Positions 1 to 10,131 of a stretch of DNA of 64,000 nucleotides are shown here, piece by piece. Each line of letters starts with the position of its first letter. Positions within the stretch are counted from its first letter, which is position 1. Below the pieces are notes generated by a model. It made no database searches. It was not told where the DNA came from and was given only the letters and a program-made list of their open reading frames with translations. The stretch is from Leptolyngbyaceae cyanobacterium (GTDB lineage Bacteria; Cyanobacteriota; Cyanobacteriia; Phormidesmidales; Phormidesmidaceae): NCBI GenBank assembly GCA_965263355.1, contig CBDHHL010000032.1, forward strand, positions 928,001 through 992,000, read 5' to 3'. Position numbers and translations under genes: made by a program.

Positions 1-964
1 CCACAGGATTTAACTGTCTTGAAATATCGCGGATTTCCTCTTCTAACTGCTCCACATCCCCTGACAAATCACCAATTCGCTCTGCATGATTGGCATCATC
101 AGTGTGTAAGTTAGCGACTTTCTCCAATAGAGAAAGCCTTGTTTTCTCCAGCTCAATTCGCTCCAGAATCAACCGTTTGCGTTGCTCCAGACCTTCCTGC
201 CCTTGAGATAACGGCTGAGGCTCGTTAAATGTATTGGAATCTAGGGCAAAAAAGTCGATACCTCCATAGCGAAAGGTATAGTATCGGTTTGGTACACGGG
301 TAAATTCACCGGGTACATAGCGCAAACAGGTATTGTCTGCAGCTGTGTAGTGCTTATCTAGATGAGCCCTTAGCTGTGCTGGCTCTAACTCACCCAGATA
401 ATCGATAAAGGCCTTTGCATAAGCCTTGCCGGTATAGGACCCATGCCAACCTAAATCAATATCAATATAAGACCGTAACAGTTTGCGGATAGGCTTGCTC
501 AAAATTGACAAAATCCCCAAAAGCAGCGGCAGATTGTAGTAGTCATGGTTGCCCAAAGTGGGTAAAAATGGCCGCCGAAAAATCATCTGATCATAGGCAA
601 TCTTTTTAGGCGTCTTCCCACCGACTAACCATTCTCGATAGGGATTAATAAAATTTTCAAAATATTGTTCACTGGAACCCACCAGATACACTACATCCCC
701 TGTATGGAGGCAAAACCGAGCATCTTCTCCCTGGGATAGCATGGCTTCAGCCACTCGACGCTGGGGGCTATCGCCCCGATATCGTCCGGTGCCACTGTCG
801 CCAAGCACCATAAATGAAAACTCAGGATCATCCGCATGGCCATCATCAATAAAGAGCCGGGTTTGGTCGATATTGCGCTCTGCAATCAGTGGGTGTTTCC
901 AGTGGACCCGAGCACGCATTTTGCGAATTTTAGTGGCAATAGACGTATCAGTAGGTAGAAGCAT
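1..964 (-). CDS. Calcineurin-like metallophosphoesterase (3' end runs off the window)
   Basis: Not in the ORF track. Manual translation from ATG at 964 gives MLLPTDTSIATKIRKMRARVHW...VLGDSGTG...HTGDVVY...LGNHDYY, the DxG / GDxxY / GNHD metallophosphoesterase motifs. Confidence 0.85.
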   Translation of the reverse strand, partial: MLLPTDTSIATKIRKMRARVHWKHPLIAERNIDQTRLFIDDGHADDPEFSFMVLGDSGTGRYRGDSPQRRVAEAMLSQGEDARFCLHTGDVVYLVGSSEQYFENFINPYREWLVGGKTPKKIAYDQMIFRRPFLPTLGNHDYYNLPLLLGILSILSKPIRKLLRSYIDIDLGWHGSYTGKAYAKAFIDYLGELEPAQLRAHLDKHYTAADNTCLRYVPGEFTRVPNRYYTFRYGGIDFFALDSNTFNEPQPLSQGQEGLEQRKRLILERIELEKTRLSLLEKVANLHTDDANHAERIGDLSGDVEQLEEEIRDISRQLNPV

Positions 965-1027
965 AAAGATAAATAATCAAAATCCCAGGGATAATATTAG
1001 AAAATCGCAGTCTCTAAAACATTTCTG

Positions 1028-1855
1028 TTATAGTTGTCTTTTCAAAGATTGTTTGAAATTTCCAATAAACTGCTGACATAGTTCTTTTTCAATATCCAAA
1101 AGAGAAAGAAATGGATTTAAGTCCTCCAATTCCACCAGGAGTAAATCTCCATCTTTCGAACGACACGCATCCACACGCTGTATCCCATATTCTAAAGGAC
1201 TCCATTCAATAAACTGTTGGGCAAATGCCAAATCCTCCTGAGAATAATCATAGGATTCTAATTGCCACCGCTTCTGTTGGTCAGGTGCATAGAGAGCATA
1301 CTGGATTTCGTTGTCTATGTAATAAAAGGAGATTTCATGGCGGATATCTATTTTGGGCTGAACCAGAATGTTATCAAAGTCTATGTGCTCCAGTTTGTCA
1401 GGCTCAACCATTCTCATACCAATAGAGTCTGCGCCATTCTTAAGCTTAACGACATAAGACTCTACATCCGGTAATAGACCGATATTTTCCTTCGCATCAA
1501 TGGTGGGTATAACTGGAAAATTCTGCTCCGACCGACTAAGATCAACCAAATATTGTTTTCCTAACATATCAGCCTTGCCCGTAAGACTGTTATAAACAAC
1601 ACTGTTATTAGCCAACAAACGGTTTCGAAATGCCTCATATTCTTTTTGATAGTACATAACCGGCCCTGTATTTCTGAAAACGATGGCATCGACCACGGTT
1701 TCAAACGGCTCCGTATCTTTAGGGTGACAAATAATCAAATTAAAGTCTTCCCTGAGCTGGGATGTTAGGAAAATGTCTTCGGCATTGTAAGCTCTGCCCC
1801 TGGCTTCGCAGTAAAGGTCTGTCACAAATAGGATAGTTGGCTTTCTGGATAGCAT
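1028..1855 (-). CDS. Stand-alone ATP-grasp-fold protein (RimK/glutathione-synthetase-like), function unknown
   Basis: GKQYLVDL, VVKLKNGADSIG, LVQPKI and RVDACR...LLVELEDLNP match ATP-grasp nucleotide- and metal-binding elements. Confidence 0.65.
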   Translation of the reverse strand: MLSRKPTILFVTDLYCEARGRAYNAEDIFLTSQLREDFNLIICHPKDTEPFETVVDAIVFRNTGPVMYYQKEYEAFRNRLLANNSVVYNSLTGKADMLGKQYLVDLSRSEQNFPVIPTIDAKENIGLLPDVESYVVKLKNGADSIGMRMVEPDKLEHIDFDNILVQPKIDIRHEISFYYIDNEIQYALYAPDQQKRWQLESYDYSQEDLAFAQQFIEWSPLEYGIQRVDACRSKDGDLLLVELEDLNPFLSLLDIEKELCQQFIGNFKQSLKRQL

Positions 1856-1941
1856 ATGATATCCCCCTAAGTTTAGACGATAGGTTCACTGGGCAATAAA
1901 TGATTGGAAACGTATTACTTACCGATAGAGCTATGAAAGAG

Positions 1942-3024
1942 TCATACCTTGGCAACCAAGTTATGACTTAATGACTCAGAGTCATCTAAATTTCGCATCA
2001 TATCTCCAATGCGCTTGATAAAACTAGCCGTTGGTACTGCTAGTAACAGTCCTAAAAAGCCAGCTACTTTTGCCCCCACCAACACCGCAATCAGGACCAC
2101 AGCTGGATTTACCCCCGTCATCTCTCCAATTAATCGGGGTGCGACCACATTTTCATTGATTTGACCAAGAATAATAGCCGTTACTAATACCTTTAACCCC
2201 AACCATGGACTTTGAAATGCCAGTAGGCTGCTAACCAAAACAATACTGATCGTACCGCCAAAGGGAATAACACTAGAGGCCCCAATAACCACACCAAATA
2301 ATAATCCAAAAGGAATTTCTAAGACGGTAAATGCCACTGACAATATGGTCCCTAAAACTAAAGCAATAATCGCTTGTCCAGCAAAATAGTTTTGCAAACT
2401 AGGCTGCAGTGCAATCTGTATTCGATCTTGCCATAGAGGGGGGAACCAACTTAAGAGACCTCGCCACAGCTCAGGACCAAAGACAACTAATAAAACGCAG
2501 AGAATTAAGGTAATGAGCAAATTTACGGTACTGCTAATAGTTTCAACGGTCAGGTTAATGAGCTGACTGGTGAGTGATTTTAGTGCTGTTGATGCTTGTT
2601 GTAGAAGTTGATTAGATAAATCGCTTAAATCTACTGGCAAGTTTTGTATGACACTCTGTTCATCCAGAACTTGAATCTGTTGTTCAATTTTGTTCAGCCA
2701 AGCGGGTAATCGATTGGCAAACTCCACCAACTGTTGAAAAATCAACGGACCTAAAATCAAGACAATGATGCTAATCGAAATCAGAGTGGATATCATCACC
2801 AGTGAAATGGCCCAACCTCGGCCTAAGCCTCGCTTTTCTAAAAAAACGATTGGAAATTCCAGTAGAAACGCGAGTAGACTAGCCAGGGTAACGATACTAG
2901 TGATCGGTTGAAAATATTCAAATAGCAGAACTATCAACCAACCATCGATAAAAATCAGGGGTAAAATCAGCCCAAATTTGAGCCATCCCGGTAGTTTTAG
3001 TTCTGACAACATAGACGAAGCCAT
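1942..3024 (-). CDS. AI-2E (PerM) family transporter
   Basis: Multi-TM 360-aa protein with IPFGGT, QINENVVAPRLIG and GFLGLLLAVP motifs. Confidence 0.9.
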   Translation of the reverse strand: MASSMLSELKLPGWLKFGLILPLIFIDGWLIVLLFEYFQPITSIVTLASLLAFLLEFPIVFLEKRGLGRGWAISLVMISTLISISIIVLILGPLIFQQLVEFANRLPAWLNKIEQQIQVLDEQSVIQNLPVDLSDLSNQLLQQASTALKSLTSQLINLTVETISSTVNLLITLILCVLLVVFGPELWRGLLSWFPPLWQDRIQIALQPSLQNYFAGQAIIALVLGTILSVAFTVLEIPFGLLFGVVIGASSVIPFGGTISIVLVSSLLAFQSPWLGLKVLVTAIILGQINENVVAPRLIGEMTGVNPAVVLIAVLVGAKVAGFLGLLLAVPTASFIKRIGDMMRNLDDSESLSHNLVAKV

Positions 3025-3425
3025 TGCTTAGGGTTACAACCAGCAATCATAGCGAATGGCTAATCAACTGAAAGTAGTGCAGATGCCCTAGCTCTATCAG
3101 GTTCATCGGGCTTGTTCGCGTTACTGCTACTGTCGCCAATGTAGCTAGCACTTATGGAAACAATGTAATGGCCATGGGGGGACTTAAACAATCGATATTT
3201 CGAAATGTCTGTAGTAAGAGTTGTCGAGAACTATCATAAAAGCCGATGGAGTAGAGCGATGGGACCGTTATCTTGAGGCTGGTCTATATCTGTTGCGACG
3301 GCCAATGATATATGGCCACTCAACCTTCATTTATCAGCTTGACTATGCCTCATGGTTAATACACAAAGTTGCCACTATCAAGTGAACGCGTAAAAATAAT
3401 ATAGATATGCAACGAACGAGCTACT

Positions 3426-4670
3426 TTGAACGCTTTTACTGCTAACCCCCTTAGTGCACAGCCCGACCATCAACAGCGGACTGCTCATACTGATATTGCA
3501 ATTGTCGGTGCAGGCATAGTGGGTCTGACCCTGGCCTGTGCCCTTCGCTATAGTGGTCTGACAGTGGCCGTGATCGATGCTCAAAGTCAGGAAAAGACAG
3601 CAGCTCGCGATCGCGCCTATGCGTTTTCCCCTATGTCAGCTCGTATTTTTCAGGAACTGGGGCTATGGGAGCAGGTGGGTCCTTACATTACTCACTTTCA
3701 GCGTGTGCGCATGTCCGACGCAGACTATAGCAAAACGGTTAATTTTTATCCCACAGACAGCCCTGTTGATGCTGTTTATTACGGTGCAGAGCATCGAGTA
3801 TTACTCAATGCCTTACAAGGTTTAGCCATTAATATCCATCGTCTGACCCCGTATTATGAAACGACCCTGGTTGATATTCAAACAACAGCATTGGGGACAC
3901 AGCTCACCTTAGAGGGGAATGGCCAGCGGCAGATATTACATACTCAATTATTGGTAGGTGCCGATGGGAATCGGTCAAAAATCCGCCATTTTGCGGGTAT
4001 TCAAACCTCAGGTTGGGCCTATTGGCAATCGTGTATCACAACAGTGCTAGCCCCGGCTAAATCTCACCAAAATACAGCCTATGAAAAATTTTGGCCCAGC
4101 GGTCCCTTCGCCATTTTGCCGATTCCAGGGAACCGTTGCCAGGTCGTGTGGACGGCTTCCCATGCCGAAGCAGAGGCGATGTTGACCCTATCTGAGCAAG
4201 CGTTTTTGACAGAGCTGCGCCGTCGCTATGGCGACGACATGGGTGACTTAAAAATGCTGAAACCACCCATGATGTTTCCAGTGCAGTTAATGCAAAGCCA
4301 TCACTACGTAAAACCAGGCATTGCCCTGGTGGGTGATGCAGCCCACTGCTGTCATCCTGTCGGCGGACAGGGACTCAATATGGGTATTCGGGATGCTGCT
4401 GCCCTGGCCAAAATTCTACAAGCAGCCCACGTCCGTCAGGAGTCAATTGGGGACATACGCGTCCTCAAACGCTATGAACGCTGGCGACGCAACGAGAACT
4501 GGCTAATTTTAGCCATGACCGATCTGCTAAATCGGTCATTTTCTAATCACTTTTTGCCCTTGGTATGGCTCCGTCGCGCCGGTTTTTGGGTAATTGAACA
4601 TACCATACCCCTCAAACGTATGATTTTACGTATTATGACAGGCTTTTTTGGACGGCAACCAATTGTTTAA
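3426..4670 (+). CDS. FAD-dependent hydroxylase, UbiH/UbiF/VisC family
   Basis: GAGIVG Rossmann motif, LVGADG, LVGDAAHCCHPVGGQGLNMGIRDA. Start codon uncertain (TTG). Confidence 0.9.
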   Translation: MNAFTANPLSAQPDHQQRTAHTDIAIVGAGIVGLTLACALRYSGLTVAVIDAQSQEKTAARDRAYAFSPMSARIFQELGLWEQVGPYITHFQRVRMSDADYSKTVNFYPTDSPVDAVYYGAEHRVLLNALQGLAINIHRLTPYYETTLVDIQTTALGTQLTLEGNGQRQILHTQLLVGADGNRSKIRHFAGIQTSGWAYWQSCITTVLAPAKSHQNTAYEKFWPSGPFAILPIPGNRCQVVWTASHAEAEAMLTLSEQAFLTELRRRYGDDMGDLKMLKPPMMFPVQLMQSHHYVKPGIALVGDAAHCCHPVGGQGLNMGIRDAAALAKILQAAHVRQESIGDIRVLKRYERWRRNENWLILAMTDLLNRSFSNHFLPLVWLRRAGFWVIEHTIPLKRMILRIMTGFFGRQPIV

Positions 4671-4956
4671 ATACAGTAAAGAATCCTTGCTTAAGCACTG
4701 ATCACCTCAGCAGAAAACCATTGAAGATAAAAGGTTTCAGCGGCCATTGAAAGCTTTACAAAGAATAGTAACAGCATTGTTTCGTAGGGTTTTGCCGTAT
4801 TCCAGAATACCTATTACGCGTTTTGGCGTAGATGTTTGCTGTAATAGCTGATGTTCTTAGCCTAAGGAATTTCCTATTCTCTATATCAAGGGTGTTTAAG
4901 GCATTAGTTCTCATCTACGCATCAAAACTATATACACCCTTTAAAGAAATCGCATT

Positions 4957-5223
4957 ATGTCGATGTCGTCTTTAGCTCTATCTCCTCACCCGCAGTATCT
5001 GAGTAATAACACGCCCCCCCCCCCAAATATGCAACGTATGGGGACACGTTGTTGGCAACGGCTTGTCAACCAGGGAGTGCCCCTTGAGGATGCTCGAGAA
5101 CTCGCGGCTACAATTGTCCACTTTATTTATTTGGATAGTACGCTCTCATCAGCCCAAAAGGAGCTAATTGGTCGTTACTATCAACATATCTGTGCTGCAA
5201 AACTGTCGTCCCTACAGATTTAA
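4957..5223 (+). CDS. Small hypothetical protein, paralog of 5560..5844
   Basis: Shares GTRxWQxL..GVP...A.E.A..IV and LIGRYxQHxCA with the next ORF. Confidence 0.75.
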   Translation: MSMSSLALSPHPQYLSNNTPPPPNMQRMGTRCWQRLVNQGVPLEDARELAATIVHFIYLDSTLSSAQKELIGRYYQHICAAKLSSLQI

Positions 5224-5559
5224 TAGGGGTAAAATGCTATCTCTCAGGGGCTTCAGGACTGAGTTGATGGTGTGCACATAGGGGGTGTGATCAAACAAAC
5301 GGAAGACCGGGTATCAAATCACACCTACTTCTTGATAGTTTGAATAGATTTACGAAATAGTCTTCGCAGTTTCTGTAGAGGCTTTACATGAGGTCAGGAC
5401 GTTTGCCAAGCAGTTCAACGATTACGGTTTTACGAATGAAGTTGTTTTTGCAAACGTTTGTCCTGAGGCAGGATACTGTAATTCATCAAGTCTTACGGTA
5501 TTCGATCAGTTCTGTTGCTTCCTGAATCACACTAACCCGCTTATACGGAAGGGGATACT

Positions 5560-5844
5560 ATGCAGTCGTCTGCATCTGTTTTGTTAGAGAGAGAACCACA
5601 ACCTATTGCCACAAAAAAAATCTCTAAGCGAGAAAGGCTTAAACGAATAGGGACTCGCCATTGGCAACAGCTAATGAGAGTTGGGGTGCCCCAAGACCAT
5701 GCTAAGGAAATTGCGATCGCAGTCGTTCGTTATAGCCACCTCGACTGTCGTCCATCATTTAAGGAAAAGCGTCTGATTGGCCGCTACTGTCAGCATCTAT
5801 GCGCTGTCGGTCTGTGGCGATTAGAAATGTTACTCGGCAGCTAG
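5560..5844 (+). CDS. Small hypothetical protein, paralog of 4957..5223
   Basis: Purine-rich RBS (GGAAGGGG) upstream; motif shared with the preceding ORF. Confidence 0.8.
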   Translation: MQSSASVLLEREPQPIATKKISKRERLKRIGTRHWQQLMRVGVPQDHAKEIAIAVVRYSHLDCRPSFKEKRLIGRYCQHLCAVGLWRLEMLLGS

Positions 5845-5854
5845 GATGCTGATC

Positions 5855-5883
5855 GTAGGGGCAACTGCATGCAATGCCCCTAC
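5855..5883. repeat. GTAG-type REP-like palindrome
   Basis: GTAGGGGCA-actgcatgcaa-TGCCCCTAC hairpin between convergent genes. Confidence 0.75.
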
Positions 5884-5900
5884 AAGATTTTTCCTAATAT

Positions 5901-6167
5901 CTACGCTGCAACGGCTAGTAGCTCATCCAGCTTCTGACTCGCATTCAGAGCATGGAGCGCATCACAGCCACCAATGTGCTGATCGTTGATAAAAATCTGA
6001 GGCACTGAGCGCTTACCATCGGACCCACGGGCAACCATCGCCTCCCGTGCTTCTTCGTCTCCGTCGATCATGTGCTCAATATAATCGACATCTTTGCCGT
6101 CCAGGAGCCGCTTAGCACGAATACAGAAGGGACAACTCATCCATGTATAGATTTCAACCTTTGCCAT
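5901..6167 (-). CDS. grxC: Glutaredoxin 3
   Basis: CPFC active site, SVPQIFI and HIGGCD. Confidence 0.95.
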   Translation of the reverse strand: MAKVEIYTWMSCPFCIRAKRLLDGKDVDYIEHMIDGDEEAREAMVARGSDGKRSVPQIFINDQHIGGCDALHALNASQKLDELLAVAA

Positions 6168-6259
6168 TGATTTGATACCTGAAGTAGAACTGCTGGTGAG
6201 ATCCTAGCGCATCTCTATCTGCCAGAAAATATTTGCCAGAAAACCGTCAGATGTAAGCC

Positions 6260-7393
6260 CTAAAAGTCTACGCCGCGCTTTAGCTCCACACCACGCTCAG
6301 CATAGTGCTTATGGTTAAACACCTCAGAATGGGCACTGGCTAGCTGAAAATAGGCAGGTGGATTTTTACAGCGTCCTGTAATAATCACTTCTGTATCCTT
6401 TGGTTTACGCAGCAATGCCTGCAATATGGGCTCCTCGGGCAATAGTTCCAGGTCCACCGTAGGATTGAGTTCATCCAAAATAATTGTTTTGTACAAACCT
6501 GACGCAATGGCTGTACGAGCTATTTCCCAGCCTCGCTCAGCTTCTACATAGTCAATGGTTTGCTGTTGTCCACGCCAAACGATAGCATCTCGACCACAAC
6601 GTTGATGGTCCACTAGATTTGGATAGCTCTGACGCAGAGCCTCAATGGCCGCATCCTCGGTATAACCATTTCCCCCCTTCAGCCACTGGATAATCATCAC
6701 CCGATGGGACTTATCCTGACTGATGCCAATGCCAATGGCCTGAAGCGCCTTACCCAGGGCACTGGTGGATTTACCTTTGCCATTGCCAGTGTAGATTTCA
6801 ATACCGGTTAGGCCTGGAATTTCGGAAATAGCATAGTGCTGTGGCTTCATCTCTGAGTGCAGGTCGGCCACCTCAAGCAAAGCAGACGGTGCACTACGCC
6901 CCGTGGCAATCACTTCTAGATAGTCGGGTTTACGTCTCAGGGTGCGGACGACATCGTCAATGTCCAATAGCCCCAAATCAAGTACTGGGTTTAATTCGTC
7001 TAATACCACAACGGAATAAAGGCCAGATGCGATCGCCCCCTTCGCCACATCCCATCCTCGTTGGGCTTCTTGTTGATCAAATTTAGTAATATCCTCAGCC
7101 CCAAAATACTCAGCCCGCCCTGTCCGCACCTGATCGATCAGGTGCGGAAAGCCCCGTTGTAGTGCCTCAATGGCCGCATCTTCGTCATAGGTACGGCCCG
7201 GCCCCTTAAGAAACCGCAGCAACAGGACGCGACTTTCCATAAAGGTTTGAATACCTAGCCCAATGGAACGTAGCACCACCCCCAATGCCACCTGAGATTT
7301 ACCCTTACCCTCGCCATCGTAGACATGGATTTGCCCCACCATACGCTCTGAGTTTTTTTGAGCAGTGCGAATGCCGATACCGGAGCGAGCCAT
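6260..7393 (-). CDS. cobO: Cob(I)yrinic acid a,c-diamide adenosyltransferase, cyanobacterial two-domain form
   Basis: Two P-loops (GEGKGKS, GNGKGKST), two LDELN motifs and a C-terminal RGVDF. Confidence 0.9.
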   Translation of the reverse strand: MARSGIGIRTAQKNSERMVGQIHVYDGEGKGKSQVALGVVLRSIGLGIQTFMESRVLLLRFLKGPGRTYDEDAAIEALQRGFPHLIDQVRTGRAEYFGAEDITKFDQQEAQRGWDVAKGAIASGLYSVVVLDELNPVLDLGLLDIDDVVRTLRRKPDYLEVIATGRSAPSALLEVADLHSEMKPQHYAISEIPGLTGIEIYTGNGKGKSTSALGKALQAIGIGISQDKSHRVMIIQWLKGGNGYTEDAAIEALRQSYPNLVDHQRCGRDAIVWRGQQQTIDYVEAERGWEIARTAIASGLYKTIILDELNPTVDLELLPEEPILQALLRKPKDTEVIITGRCKNPPAYFQLASAHSEVFNHKHYAERGVELKRGVDF

Positions 7394-7440
7394 GAAGAAA
7401 TTAACAATAGGGTGAACCGTCTACGATTGTAGCGTTAGGC

Positions 7441-7480
7441 ATCCCGGTAGGGACGTTCCATGGCAAGTCCCTACCGGGAT
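7441..7480. repeat. GTAG-type REP-like palindrome
   Basis: ATCCCGGTAGGGAC...GTCCCTACCGGGAT 14-bp arms; core GACGTTCCATGG shared with 9153..9190. Confidence 0.8.
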
Positions 7481-7583
7481 ATCCCAAAATTATCAACATT
7501 AAATCATGGGGTATTTATATATTTTAGATGTTCTTCTTTCCAAATTAGGTATACCCTAATGTCTTAGATTCTCGGAAAGGCCC

Positions 7584-8153
7584 ATGGGCGAACTTGAACC
7601 GGTATTTCCGCTAAAGGCGGTAATATTTCAAATTTTATTTTTATCAGTGGCGATCGCATTAGAAGCTATGGTGCTACGCCAAGGGTTACGGCTTGGCTAT
7701 AAAAAGAGCGTGCGCTATGCGGCGGCAGTTAATCTACTGGCAGTGGTGGTAGGTTGGTTTGCCTTCTTAGCCATCGAGCCACTCTTTGACCCCCGCCTCC
7801 AGGCTCAGGTGATTAGCTATGTGCTATTTGATAATTTGATCAATAACACCCTTAAACCTCAGATGGGGTGGATCATTCTAGTTATTGGTCTGGTCGCTTT
7901 TTTTATGACCCTCATTCTCAAGCTCAAAGGATTAGAGCTGTTGATGAAGGCTGTCAATGATTGGAATTTACCCACTAAACCTAAAAACTTAAGTCGCAAA
8001 GAACGCTACAGCCGTTCTCGTACGGGTACGACTTTGTATCAAGAGGCGGCGTCCAAATTTGCGATCACAGTCCTCCAGGCCAATGCTTTGAGCTTTAGTG
8101 CCATTCTATTGCTGTTAGTTATGCGGTCTTACCTGCTTAGGAGTGTCGCATGA
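7584..8153 (+). CDS. fraC: Filament integrity protein FraC
   Basis: FPLKAVIFQILFL.VAIALEA and VL.ANA.SFSAI motifs; first gene of a three-gene operon. Confidence 0.85.
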   Translation: MGELEPVFPLKAVIFQILFLSVAIALEAMVLRQGLRLGYKKSVRYAAAVNLLAVVVGWFAFLAIEPLFDPRLQAQVISYVLFDNLINNTLKPQMGWIILVIGLVAFFMTLILKLKGLELLMKAVNDWNLPTKPKNLSRKERYSRSRTGTTLYQEAASKFAITVLQANALSFSAILLLLVMRSYLLRSVA

Positions 8154-9145
8154 TTGATGTACTCAAGGATGCTATCGATAAAATGCGCGGGCTGATCACA
8201 CCACCCCGCTATCTGTCCTGGCAAACGTTGTTATTGCTAAGTTTGTTTTCTTGGGGCATGGCTACCCTGGCCGAAAGCACTGAGGCCACTTCGACCACCG
8301 TATCAATCCTCAGCACCGGCAGCTGGCTGTTTCTAACCATCGCCATTTGGTGGGGGCTGGCCACTAATCCAGTCAAAATCGGGGTTGTTTCCATTAGCCC
8401 CTGGATTACAGCAGCAGTCATGTGTGTATTCGTATTTAGGCCATGGACGCCTGAACGACTACAGCTAGCCATGGCCCTTTGGCCAGTGATTGCCACCGTC
8501 CTGGTGGCAATTCCTAAGTTTTGTGACTGGAAATTGGACCTATCAATCCCCCCTCCCCCGGTGCGTCAGGAACTGATTGTTCTTTTGCTAATCAATTTAT
8601 TGTTTAGTAGCTGGATTATGTTTCATTTTCGTATCCAGCATTGGTTCAATGATTATCCTAGTCTGGTTGTCGAAAATTTAGATAGCAGTGCCTTTGTCTA
8701 TCGAATTGGTGATGACACAAACGGCAGCTCTCAGGCCGAGACCTTGCTGACCAGTGCCGCAGATAACCTGGTCAAACAGTTGGATGATACGCCCTGGCCC
8801 CGAGTAGAACGATGGTTGTTGAATTTAGACAACAGCATCAATTCGGTTGCCGATAACATCGTTCTTAATGCCATCAGTGAAAGTGTTTTTTGGAGTTTGG
8901 ATGCGCCGCGTCCCAAGTCTGTATCCAATGGCTATCAGATCAAGCTCAGGGCTAATTGGTTAGGACCAACGGCGGAACAAAATGGTTATTACGTTGAAAA
9001 AGTCTGTACCATTTTGCCTCGCACCCTTAAAAAACGAACTGGTGACGAACCGACTCAAACCTCCACCCCTGTCGCCGAGGTCAAGTGCTCTGATCAGACG
9101 ACCAGGGTGGAACGTCAGGTTGCCACTGACAAACCGGCCACGTAG
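8150..9145 (+). CDS. fraD: Septal junction protein FraD (DUF5357)
   Basis: 4-bp overlap with fraC; PP...SWQTLLLLSLFSW, five TM segments and a periplasmic C-terminus (W.GP...GYY.EK.C). Confidence 0.85.
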   Translation: MIDVLKDAIDKMRGLITPPRYLSWQTLLLLSLFSWGMATLAESTEATSTTVSILSTGSWLFLTIAIWWGLATNPVKIGVVSISPWITAAVMCVFVFRPWTPERLQLAMALWPVIATVLVAIPKFCDWKLDLSIPPPPVRQELIVLLLINLLFSSWIMFHFRIQHWFNDYPSLVVENLDSSAFVYRIGDDTNGSSQAETLLTSAADNLVKQLDDTPWPRVERWLLNLDNSINSVADNIVLNAISESVFWSLDAPRPKSVSNGYQIKLRANWLGPTAEQNGYYVEKVCTILPRTLKKRTGDEPTQTSTPVAEVKCSDQTTRVERQVATDKPAT

Positions 9146-9152
9146 GGTACAC

Positions 9153-9190
9153 AAATTGTGGAGACGTTCCATGGAACGTCTCCACAATTT
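9153..9190. repeat. Perfect 38-bp palindrome (REP-like) between fraD and fraE
   Basis: AAATTGTGGAGACGTTCCA|TGGAACGTCTCCACAATTT. Confidence 0.9.
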
Positions 9191-9210
9191 AATATCAATC
9201 ACAAATCGCT

Positions 9211-9993
9211 ATGTTAAATCTTGCTCGTATTATCGTAGTGGCTCGCAATGTCTTTCTAGAAGTCATTCGCGATCGCATCCTATACCTGGCTGGGTTGTTT
9301 GCACTGCTGATGGTTCTGGCGTCGGTAATGCTGCCCCAAGTGGCTGCGGGCACTAGTGACAAAATCTTTTTAGACCTGGGGTTGGCAGCCATCAACCTAT
9401 TTACCCTGGTGGTCGCTATTTTTGTTGGCACCAGCTTGGTCAATAAAGAAATTGAAAAAAAGACGGTGCTGGTCTTACTGGCCAAGCCCGTCAGCCGATT
9501 TGAAATTATCCTGGGCAAACATTTGGGACTGGCTGCTGTAATTGGGGTTTTGATGCTAGTTCAAACGGGGATTTTTATCATCCTACTGACGGTTCAGAGC
9601 ATTGAGTATCCAGCGGGGAGTATGCTGGTTGCGATCGCATTTATGTATCTCGAAATGCTGCTGATCATCGCCATCACCATCGTATTTGGTGTATTTACCA
9701 GTTCGCTATTGGCCACACTGCTCTCCTTTGGTACCTATCTCGTCGGTCACCTCAGCACCGACCTACTTAAACTTAGTCAGCTAGCCGAGTCCCAAGGCTT
9801 CCAAAAAGCTGTAGAAGCCATGTATTTGGTGCTGCCTGACCTGGAACGGTTTAACCTTAAAAACGAAGCTGTTTATGGTGCAGCGTTGTTGCCCGGTCCT
9901 GGCACCTTAGCCTTAAACGTGCTGTATGGCATGATTTACACGGTTTTGTTATTAATCATTGCCGGTAATATTTTTACTCGCCGTCAGTTTTAA
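9211..9993 (+). CDS. fraE: ABC-2-type permease FraE
   Basis: NVFLEVIRDRILY and KEIEKKTVLVLLAKPVSR; located directly after fraD. Confidence 0.85.
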   Translation: MLNLARIIVVARNVFLEVIRDRILYLAGLFALLMVLASVMLPQVAAGTSDKIFLDLGLAAINLFTLVVAIFVGTSLVNKEIEKKTVLVLLAKPVSRFEIILGKHLGLAAVIGVLMLVQTGIFIILLTVQSIEYPAGSMLVAIAFMYLEMLLIIAITIVFGVFTSSLLATLLSFGTYLVGHLSTDLLKLSQLAESQGFQKAVEAMYLVLPDLERFNLKNEAVYGAALLPGPGTLALNVLYGMIYTVLLLIIAGNIFTRRQF

Positions 9994-10131
9994 GGGCATC
10001 CAACTCGGTCGCCTCACCCTCTAACAGTAAGCATGTCTAACATTATGAGACTTGAAGAGGTCATGTTCATAGTCTCCAGGGGCTCATATCACCACTTAAA
10101 ATGGAAGCTAGTTCTGTAGAAACGTTCCATT

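Noticed and set aside
691..1076. ORFs 691..885 and 741..1076
   Set aside because: They overlap the metallophosphoesterase frame that the track missed because it runs off the window.
6260..7393. Internally duplicated CobO
   Set aside because: The two-domain form is usual in cyanobacteria.
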